Shown one piece after another: positions 56,249-64,000 of a stretch of DNA of 64,000 nucleotides. The position numbers and the translations under genes were made by a program. The stretch spans positions 608,001 to 672,000 of the forward strand of contig JBFWJS010000001.1 of NCBI GenBank assembly GCA_050253075.1, written 5' to 3'. The stretch comes from Deferribacterales bacterium (GTDB lineage: Bacteria > Chrysiogenota > Deferribacteres > Deferribacterales > Geovibrionaceae). The notes beneath the pieces are model-generated. The model was given only the letters and a program-made list of their open reading frames with translations, did not search any database and had not been told where the DNA came from. Positions within the stretch are counted from its first letter, which is position 1; each line of letters begins with the position of its first letter.

Positions 56249-58180
56249 TTATTCCTTTTCGTAGTAGGTGTATCCTCTGAGACCCTCTTCAAATCCTTCG
56301 AGAATCTTCTTTCTCTCTTTCGGTGTGATGAAGCCCTCTTTGATAGAGTTTTCCGCCAGTTGTTTCAGACGGTTCTTCATAGCTTTCACATCGTATTCCA
56401 CATAGCTGAGAACATCGGCCACGCTGTCCCCTTCGAGCTCCTGGGAGACTTCGTATGTGCCGTCCTCTTCCACGTATACGGATACCACGTGAGTATCTCC
56501 GAAGAGGTTGTGCAGGTCGCCCAGAGTCTCCTGATATGCACCCACGAGGAAGACGCCGAGGTAGTATTCCTCATCTTCTTTCAGGTTGTGGAGCATAACG
56601 AGCCCCTTCGGCTGCTCCATATCGGGGAAGCAGTCTATCTTTCCGTCACAGTCGCATGTGATGTCGGATATGATAGCAGGGTGGTAAGGCACCTCATTAA
56701 GCCTGTGTATAGGCACTACGGGGAAGATCTGGTTTATCGCCCAAACGTCGGGGAGTGACTGGAACAGACTGAAGTTTCCGTAATATATATCGAAAAGCAG
56801 CTTGTCGATGTACTGCACGTCTCTCGGAGGGTGCTTCATCTTTGCCGCCAGTCGGGATATGTGTATCAGTATGTGACGGACGATGTTTTCCGCCAGCGCC
56901 TTTTCTCTCAGTGTTATCTGACCGTGTTTAAAGAGCTGTCTCGACTGGTTGCGGTAAAAGAGGACGTCGTTGCAGCACTCCTGAATGTTTTTCTCATTCA
57001 GCATGTTCAGGGTAGACATAAGGTTCTCGAGTAGGTCGTTTGTGGTCTCGGGGAGCTTTTCAGGGAGCGGATGCGGGATGAATGATGATACGTCCAGCAC
57101 GTTGAAAAGCAGAATAGAGTAGTATGCCACTGTGGCACGACCGGACTCTGTGACTATTGTCGGGTGCGGGATATTGTTTTTATCCAGCACTGTTATGATG
57201 GATTCTACGATGTCGTAGCAGTATTCTTCTGTCGTATAGTTTCGGCTGGAGCTTGTGCTTGTGTTCGAGCCGTCATAGTCCACGGCGAGACCCCCGCCGA
57301 AGTCGATGATGTGCATGCTCGCACCTTCTTTAACGAGCTCTTCGTAGACACGGCAAGCCTCCATAGCACCAGCTCGGATGTCGCGGATGTTGGCTATCTG
57401 TGAGCCGATGTGATAGTGGAGGAGGTTAAGACAGTCGAGCATCTTCTCCTCTTTCAGCTTGTCTATCACGTCTATCATCTGGCTGATGGTCAGTCCGAAG
57501 ACGCTGTTGTCACCGCCTGATTCAGACCACTGACCCTCTGCCTGTGTCGTCAGTTTTGCACGGAGGCCGAGGAGCGGACGCACCTTCAGCTTTTTCGCAC
57601 GTTCGATTATCACATCTATTTCGCCGGGTACTTCTACCACGAAGTAGCATTTGAAGCCCATTTTGACAGCATTCAGACCGAGGTCGATGAACTCTTCGTC
57701 TTTGTATCCGTTGCATATGAGGAATGCATTGCGGTTGTCCAGCATAGAGATAGCAGCCAGAAGCTCAGGCTTGCTGCCTGCTTCGAGTCCGTGGTTGAAC
57801 GCTTTGCCGTATCTGGTGATGGTCTCGATGACCTGTTCCTGCTGGTTAACCTTTATGGGGAATACGCCTTTGAACTCTCCCTGATAGCCGGTTTCTTTAA
57901 TGACCTTGCGGAAAGTTTCATGCAGGAGCTTTATCTGTGAGCCGAGGATGTTTTCAATGCGGAGAATGACAGGCATAGAGAGGCCTCTGTCTTCGATCTC
58001 GCAAGCGATTTCATGGAGGCTGATCTGCGGGCCTTTATTACGTCCGAAAGGTGTGACGACTATGTCGCCTTTTGCGTTGACGGTAAAATAGTCTGCACCC
58101 CATTTATCTATGGCATAGTGCTCTGCCGCTTCTTTTACTGTCCAGTTTCGTGTCTTTTCAGGGTCTCTCCACATTTGCAT
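56249..58180 (-). CDS. speA: Biosynthetic arginine decarboxylase
   Basis: FPIKVNQ, EAGSKPEL, HIGSQI, GGGLAVDYDG, TCDCDG, HNLFG. Confidence 0.96.
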   Translation of the reverse strand: MQMWRDPEKTRNWTVKEAAEHYAIDKWGADYFTVNAKGDIVVTPFGRNKGPQISLHEIACEIEDRGLSMPVILRIENILGSQIKLLHETFRKVIKETGYQGEFKGVFPIKVNQQEQVIETITRYGKAFNHGLEAGSKPELLAAISMLDNRNAFLICNGYKDEEFIDLGLNAVKMGFKCYFVVEVPGEIDVIIERAKKLKVRPLLGLRAKLTTQAEGQWSESGGDNSVFGLTISQMIDVIDKLKEEKMLDCLNLLHYHIGSQIANIRDIRAGAMEACRVYEELVKEGASMHIIDFGGGLAVDYDGSNTSTSSSRNYTTEEYCYDIVESIITVLDKNNIPHPTIVTESGRATVAYYSILLFNVLDVSSFIPHPLPEKLPETTNDLLENLMSTLNMLNEKNIQECCNDVLFYRNQSRQLFKHGQITLREKALAENIVRHILIHISRLAAKMKHPPRDVQYIDKLLFDIYYGNFSLFQSLPDVWAINQIFPVVPIHRLNEVPYHPAIISDITCDCDGKIDCFPDMEQPKGLVMLHNLKEDEEYYLGVFLVGAYQETLGDLHNLFGDTHVVSVYVEEDGTYEVSQELEGDSVADVLSYVEYDVKAMKNRLKQLAENSIKEGFITPKERKKILEGFEEGLRGYTYYEKE

Positions 58181-58565
58181 CTCTCCGTATAAATGGTCGT
58201 AAGTGATTCTAACATATTTAAAAGGTAATTTCTAACCTGTCTTGTTTTTGTATTCTATTTTACAAAACCAAGAATATTTAAGTAAAATGAGCTCAAATGT
58301 CAATATGTTTTTTATATTAAATTGCAGAAATCCCATTGAAATTCAAGGCTTTATCTGTTGTTATATTTGTGTCAGGAATATGTATAAAATGTTTAATATA
58401 GTGCTTTATATTCGTCAATATGAGCCTGTGTAATTGCTATAAGATATGAAAAATGAGAAAACATTAAAAAAATGGCGTTGGAATGGTATTTTTTTCAGAA
58501 GATTTCTTTGGTTTTAATTTCGGTTTTGAACTGTTATTATTGCGTAAGATATACAAGAGGGAGAT

Positions 58566-60323
58566 ATGAGACGCATCCTTCGCAGTGCGGTGCTTATTGT
58601 TATAGTCGTGATGTCTGTGGCTATGATGTACCTGCCGTATGTAGAGCTCAAAAAGAATGCTGTGGAAGACTTGAACGAGAGGCAGGAGCTGATAGTCAAT
58701 CAGACTGCGCTCAGTATCGAGACATTCTTCGCCGAACAGAGGAAGATGCTGCGGCATTTTGCTATGCATCCCACTTTCATCAATTTCAATGCTGACGGCG
58801 CCCTCTCTATCCAGAGGGAATATATAAACTCATCGCACTATGTGAAAGCTATCACACGCTATGATTCAGACGGTATTATAATGTATTCATACCCATATCC
58901 TGAGGATTCTATCGGTAAGGATATATCCGCACAGGCACATGTTAAAAAGATACTGGCAGAGCATAAGCCAAACATTAGCGACGTCTTCACCGCCGTGCAG
59001 GGGTATGAGACCGTAGCACTGTCCGAGCCGATATTTGACGGTGACGAATTTGTGGGTGTTGTGGCTTTTCTGATAGATTTCAAATTTATCGCAAGAAATT
59101 TCCTCGAAAATATCCGGATAGGTGAGAACGGCTATGCGTGGATGATAAGCCGTGACGGAACAGAGCTGTACTGCCCCATCCATGATCATTCCGGCAAAAG
59201 CATAAAAGACACTGCCGAATCTTTCCCTTCTGCTATGCGCATGGTAGAGAGCATGATGAGGGGAGAATCGGGCGTCACTTCTTACATCTTTGACAGGATA
59301 AAGGATAAAGAAACAGAGATAATCAAAAAATATGCCGTGTATGCCCCGATAAAGCTCGAAGACACATTCTGGTCCGTGGCTGTATCCACGCCTGAATCGG
59401 ATGTGTATGCTGACCTGTATGTTTTTATAAAGAAAATGCTTTTCGCCTTATTAATGCTGGTGTCTGCACTTATGGTTTATGTGGTGATATCCGTGCACGA
59501 CTATAATCTGGCGAAGCGGAACGAAGAGCTTCAGAAGCTGGTGGATGCCGAGATAGCAAAGCGGGAAAAGCAGGAGAAGATAATGCTCCAGCAGGCTCGC
59601 TTTTACAGCATGACAGAGACTCTGAACGCCATAGCCCATCAGTGGCGGCAGCCTCTCAATGCCATCGGGCTGTGTGTGCAGGATCTGGAGGAAGCATACG
59701 AAAGCGGAGAGCTGGACAAGCAGTATCTGAGCGAAACAGTGGAAAAGACAATGGAAAGGCTCATGTCCCTTTCATCGACCATAGATGATTTCAGGACATT
59801 CTTCGTAGAGAGGAAAGAGGCAGCAGAAGTGAACCTGTGCGAAGAGATAATGGACATCTATAACGTGGTAAGGGTGAAGTATGACGCCATAGGAATATCG
59901 TGTAAATTCACCGTGGATAACGCACCGCTAGACCACGCAGAGGTCTGCAGCAAAGAGCAGTATAGGGCAAAGATATACCCTGATAAACTGAAGCAGGCTG
60001 TGCTGAACTGTCTGAGCAATTCCCGAGAGGCGATAGAACGACTGCATAATAAGGGGACTATCTATAAAGGCGAGATATGGATAAAGCTCGGGGTGAAAGA
60101 CGGCGTGTACGAGCTGGAGATCATAGATAACGGCGGCGGTATAGACGAGAGCATAAAGGACAGGATATTCGACCCGTATTTCACCACAAAGGAAACAACC
60201 CTCGGTATGGGGCAGGGGCTTTATGTCACAAGGATGCTGGTGGAGGAGAGTCTGGGCGGAAGTATCTCTGTGGATAATATAAACAAGGGAGTGCGTGTAT
60301 CTTTTAAATTCCGCTCCTTATAA
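58566..60323 (+). CDS. Cache-sensor histidine kinase (orphan)
   Basis: Two TM segments, dCache-like region, IAHQWRQPL, DNGGG, FDPYFTTK, GQGLY. Confidence 0.93.
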   Translation: MRRILRSAVLIVIVVMSVAMMYLPYVELKKNAVEDLNERQELIVNQTALSIETFFAEQRKMLRHFAMHPTFINFNADGALSIQREYINSSHYVKAITRYDSDGIIMYSYPYPEDSIGKDISAQAHVKKILAEHKPNISDVFTAVQGYETVALSEPIFDGDEFVGVVAFLIDFKFIARNFLENIRIGENGYAWMISRDGTELYCPIHDHSGKSIKDTAESFPSAMRMVESMMRGESGVTSYIFDRIKDKETEIIKKYAVYAPIKLEDTFWSVAVSTPESDVYADLYVFIKKMLFALLMLVSALMVYVVISVHDYNLAKRNEELQKLVDAEIAKREKQEKIMLQQARFYSMTETLNAIAHQWRQPLNAIGLCVQDLEEAYESGELDKQYLSETVEKTMERLMSLSSTIDDFRTFFVERKEAAEVNLCEEIMDIYNVVRVKYDAIGISCKFTVDNAPLDHAEVCSKEQYRAKIYPDKLKQAVLNCLSNSREAIERLHNKGTIYKGEIWIKLGVKDGVYELEIIDNGGGIDESIKDRIFDPYFTTKETTLGMGQGLYVTRMLVEESLGGSISVDNINKGVRVSFKFRSL

Positions 60324-60369
60324 TACTTGCGCTATTAGATTTTAACGGTTATTTTACTCACACAAAATC

Positions 60370-60912
60370 ATGCTTACATTCATAGATATTCTCGGCATTG
60401 CCGTGGCGATGAGCATAGATGCTTTCTGCGTTTCCGTATGCATCGGGATGAAATATCACGAGACAAAGCACTATCTCAGGCTTGGAACTTCTTTCGGTTT
60501 TTTTCAGTTTGCTATGCCTGTTATCGGTGCATTCGCCGGGCGGGTTATGCTGGAATACACCCATAATCTTAAATATCTCGCCGCAGCCATACTCTTCTTT
60601 GTCGCTTTTAACATGCTGAAAGAGGGGATATGTCATAAGGAATGTAAGGTCTATACATCTGACCCGACGATAGGCATGTCTCTCATTATGCTCTCTCTGG
60701 CGACCAGCATGGACGCACTGGGTGCGGGCATTTCGCTGGCTCTGTGGGACGGCGGCATAGTATATGCATCTGCCGTGATAGGCGTTGTCTGCCTGCTGTT
60801 TGCTATGGGCGGGGTGCATATGGGGCGCACCAGCAAGAAATACATCGGGCATTATGCCGAGTATGCCGGCTCTCTCGTTCTCGCTCTTATCGGGTTGAAA
60901 TTCATTTTCTGA
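60370..60912 (+). CDS. mntP: Manganese efflux pump MntP family
   Basis: A.SIDAF, FG.FQ..MP, ATSMDAL. Confidence 0.9.
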   Translation: MLTFIDILGIAVAMSIDAFCVSVCIGMKYHETKHYLRLGTSFGFFQFAMPVIGAFAGRVMLEYTHNLKYLAAAILFFVAFNMLKEGICHKECKVYTSDPTIGMSLIMLSLATSMDALGAGISLALWDGGIVYASAVIGVVCLLFAMGGVHMGRTSKKYIGHYAEYAGSLVLALIGLKFIF

Positions 60913-60970
60913 TAGAAGCATCAAGTCCTTTCTGTTATTCTGAAATATATTCTTCAAACGGTGATGCTAT

Positions 60971-62806
60971 ATGGGATACAGGAATCTGCGTTCATGCCTG
61001 AACGACCTTGAAAAATTCGGACAGCTCAAAAGAATTACTGCGGAGATAGACCCTTATCTCGAGGCGGGGCTCATTCAGCGGCTTACATACCGTGCGGGCG
61101 GACCTGCGCTTTTATTTGAAAATGTGAAGGGGTCAAAGTTTCCTATGGCGGGGAACATCTTCGGCACAATGGAGCGCACCAGATTTATCTTCCGTGATGC
61201 TCTGCCTGTCATCGAGGCGATGGTAAAAGCGAAGCTGAACCCGAAGGAACTGCTGAAGGACTACCGAGCCCTTTTGAAACTGCCGAAGGGCGCATATAAC
61301 CTACTGCCTAAATCCGTGGCGACAGGTGCCGTTATGGAGAATCACTGCGAACTAGCCGACCTTCCCCGGTTTTACAGCTGGCCGATGGACGGAGGCGGAT
61401 TCATCACCCTGCCGCTTGTATATACCGAGGCTCTCGCAGGGGGGTATAAAAACAGCAATCTGGGCATGTACCGTGTTCAGATATCAGGCAACGAATACGA
61501 CTCGAACGAGTGCGGACTGCACTATCAGATACACAGAGGTATAGGCATACACCACAGAGAGGCGGAACAGGCGGGGGAGAAGCTCCGTGTGAACGTCTTC
61601 ATCGGCGGTGCGCCTTCTCTTACTCTGGCTGCCGTGATGCCGCTCCCCGAGGGGATGCCCGAGGTTTCCTTTGCGGGCGTGCTGGGCGGACACCGCATAC
61701 CTTTCATAAAGCGGAGCGGTATGCTCCCTATGCCTGCCGAGTGTGATTTTGTCATAAGCGGTACGATCAGTCCCAGCTTTACAAAGCCCGAAGGTCCATT
61801 CGGAGACCATGTCGGCTATTACAGCATGAAGCACGACTTCCCCGTTATGAAGGTGGATAAGGTATGGCACAGAAACGACGCCATATTCCCTTTCACATCA
61901 GTGGGCAGACCTCCGCAGGAGGACACCAGCTTCGGCGATTTCATCCACGAGCTCACGGGGGAGCTCATCCCTGATGTTCTGCCGGGCGTAAAGGCTGTGC
62001 ATGCTGTGGATGCGGCGGGGGTTCATCCTCTCCTGCTGGCTATCGGAAGCGAGCGTTACACGCCTTATCAGGAGCAGACAGAGCCGAAAGAGATACTCAC
62101 ACAGGCGAACGCCATACTCGGACAGGGTCAGCTTTCTCTGGCGAAATATCTATTTATAGCGAATCATTACGACGACGAGTCCCTTGATATACATAAGCCC
62201 GAAGTCTTCCTTAAGCATATGCTTGAGCGTGCGGACTGGAGGCGTGACCTGCACTTTCAGACATCTGTCACCATCGACACTCTGGACTATACAGGGCACG
62301 GGCTGAACAGAGGCTCGAAGCTGACCATAGCAGCAGCGGGTAAGAAAGTGCGGGACCTGCCGAAGGAACTCCCTGAAAACCTGATACTCCCTGCGGGGTT
62401 TGAAAAACCTCGTGTGGTGATGGACGGAGTTATCGCCGTGCAGGGGCCGAAGAGCCTTAATGAAAGGGGCGAATCGGACAAGCTGATGGAGCATTTCTGC
62501 CAGTCTATAGAGTTGGACAGACCTATAAATAAATTTCCGCTTATAGTCGTTGTGGACGACAGCGAATTTGTTTCTGCGGATATAGATAACTTTCTCTGGG
62601 TGACATTCACCAGATCAAACCCTGCCACGGACGTTTACGGTATCGGTGCACACACCCGGTGCAAGCACTTCGGGTGTGAGGGCTCTCTTGTGATAGATGC
62701 AAGGGTGAAGCCTTTCCATGCGCCTGCGCTGGAACTGCCGAAAGAGGTGGAGCAAAAGGTTTATGACATGGCTGCGAAGGGCGGACCTTTAGAGGGACTT
62801 TTCTGA
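60971..62806 (+). CDS. UbiD family decarboxylase
   Basis: NLGMYR.Q, EGPFGDH.GYY, VGRPPQED. Confidence 0.93.
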   Translation: MGYRNLRSCLNDLEKFGQLKRITAEIDPYLEAGLIQRLTYRAGGPALLFENVKGSKFPMAGNIFGTMERTRFIFRDALPVIEAMVKAKLNPKELLKDYRALLKLPKGAYNLLPKSVATGAVMENHCELADLPRFYSWPMDGGGFITLPLVYTEALAGGYKNSNLGMYRVQISGNEYDSNECGLHYQIHRGIGIHHREAEQAGEKLRVNVFIGGAPSLTLAAVMPLPEGMPEVSFAGVLGGHRIPFIKRSGMLPMPAECDFVISGTISPSFTKPEGPFGDHVGYYSMKHDFPVMKVDKVWHRNDAIFPFTSVGRPPQEDTSFGDFIHELTGELIPDVLPGVKAVHAVDAAGVHPLLLAIGSERYTPYQEQTEPKEILTQANAILGQGQLSLAKYLFIANHYDDESLDIHKPEVFLKHMLERADWRRDLHFQTSVTIDTLDYTGHGLNRGSKLTIAAAGKKVRDLPKELPENLILPAGFEKPRVVMDGVIAVQGPKSLNERGESDKLMEHFCQSIELDRPINKFPLIVVVDDSEFVSADIDNFLWVTFTRSNPATDVYGIGAHTRCKHFGCEGSLVIDARVKPFHAPALELPKEVEQKVYDMAAKGGPLEGLF

Positions 62807-62824
62807 GCGAAGTGAAGAATCTGA

Positions 62825-63859
62825 TTATTTGATGATTATATCGTAGGCCTGTTTTGCCGTGGCTCTGCCTATCTTCTGTGCGGGGATACCGTTTTCCAGA
62901 AGTTCGCTGAGGAGCGCACCGCTCTCAGACTCGGGTATTGCCATGAGCAGACCGCCTGATGTCTGCGGGTCGAAGAATACCATGTGGGCGTTGTCGCCCT
63001 TCTTTTCATAGAGGCATTTGCCTTCCAGATAATCCATGTTTGAATACGCACCTGCGGGGATGATGAAGTTCTTCGCATATTCGAATGCGCCCTCTAGGGT
63101 GTATGTAGCTTTGGAGTCTATCTCTATGGTGACGCCTGAGCCGGATGCCATTTCGTATGAGTGGCCTGCCATACCGAAGCCCGTGACGTCTGTACATGCG
63201 TGTACATTGTGCTTACGCATAATGCGTGAAGCAGTTCCGTTGCTCATGAGCATAACGTCTGTCACTGCGGCTATGTCTGCCTTAGACGCTTCCTGAGCTT
63301 TCAGCGCTGTCGATATCAGCCCGATGCCGAGGGGCTTTGTATATATGAGTACGTCCCCTTCCTTAGCGCCGACGTTTTTATATATCTTTCCGTCTGTTAT
63401 CTTACCTGTTATGGAGAAGCCGAGCTTGATCTCAGGGTCGTCCACCGTGTGTCCGCCTGCGAGGGCACAGCCCGCTTTATTGAACTCGTCCACTGCTCCC
63501 TGCAGCATTTCTCTGATGACATCACCGCCTATGGAGCAGTTATACAGCAGGACGCTGAGGGCTGTGACAGGGTCTCCGCCCATTGCGTAGACGTCGCTTA
63601 TAGAATTGAGCGCAGAGATACGGCCAAAGCTGTACGGGTCGTCCACCACAGGGGTGATGAAGTCCACCGTCTGGACAAGGTAAAGCCCGTTGCCCATATC
63701 GAACACACCTGCATCGTCACCGGTCTCAAAGCCGACAAGCAGCTCGTCCGGTCTGTTGATCTTCAGGCCATGAAGTGTTTCTGCGAGGTCCGCCGGACCC
63801 ATCTTAGCGGCTCAGCCGGCGGCTTTAGCGTATGAGGTCAGCGGTCTATTTGTTCTCAT
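62825..63859 (-). CDS. selD: Selenide, water dikinase (selenoprotein form)
   Basis: MRTNRPLTSYAKAAG-TGA-AAKMGP (TGA at 63812-63814); DDAGV, TVDFITP, GGHT, DVTGFG, DPQTSGGL; hairpin at 63787-63799. Confidence 0.96.
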
Positions 63860-63924
63860 TTCCACTCCGGATAAATTCATAAATTTTATGCTGTTACGGC
63901 AAAAAATTTATCAGACTCTAAAAC

Positions 63925-63953
63925 AAAAGGGCGTACTAAGTGTAGTACGCCCT
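63925..63953 (-). terminator. Rho-independent terminator upstream of selD
   Basis: AGGGCGTACTA-AGTG-TAGTACGCCCT with an A-run on the left. Confidence 0.7.
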
Positions 63954-63967
63954 GTCAGATTTATATT

Positions 63968-64000
63968 GTCATTGCGAGGAGCTAAGGGCGACGTGGCAGC
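63968..64000. repeat. Palindromic REP/MITE-like element, copy 3 (cut by the window edge)
   Basis: GTCATTGCGAGGAG...CGACGTGGCAG. Confidence 0.7.

Noticed and set aside
60324..60369. yybP-ykoY manganese riboswitch before mntP
   Set aside because: Only 46 bp are available, mostly occupied by a promoter-like sequence

Overview
Bacterial chromosomal window, apparently from an anaerobe (Deferribacterota/Denitrovibrio-like by gene repertoire; inference only). Bases 1-11460 are the tail half of a contractile-tailed prophage. It carries a lambda-type GGGAAAG -1 frameshift in the tail chaperone and stops abruptly at ...ACA (11460), apparently inside a CheY-like gene, as expected for a Mu-like transposable phage. 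Host DNA follows, including two unusual signalling clusters (CheY / double-hairpin soluble chemoreceptor-like protein / receiver / Hpt, and a ChpT-like pseudokinase / receiver / HDOD / PP2C) and an uncharacterised operon of a membrane protein, a Tat-exported metallo-beta-lactamase-fold enzyme and an extended CobW GTPase. tRNA-Sec carries an integrase-less, att-flanked islet with a class II Fic gene and a Cys-rich stand-alone TOPRIM gene. Further genes: pncAB, a DUF1566 surface lipoprotein, a cowN-like gene, an orphan sigma28-driven flagellin-like gene, a TetR-controlled B12 radical SAM gene, modCABD with tandem ModE boxes, purine salvage genes and the carboxyspermidine pathway. Two selenoproteins that the ORF track truncates are present (SelD and an ArsC/Spx-like UxxC protein, both with SECIS-like hairpins), plus three copies of a palindromic REP/MITE-like repeat. 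All product calls come from motif recognition by eye; no database search was run.
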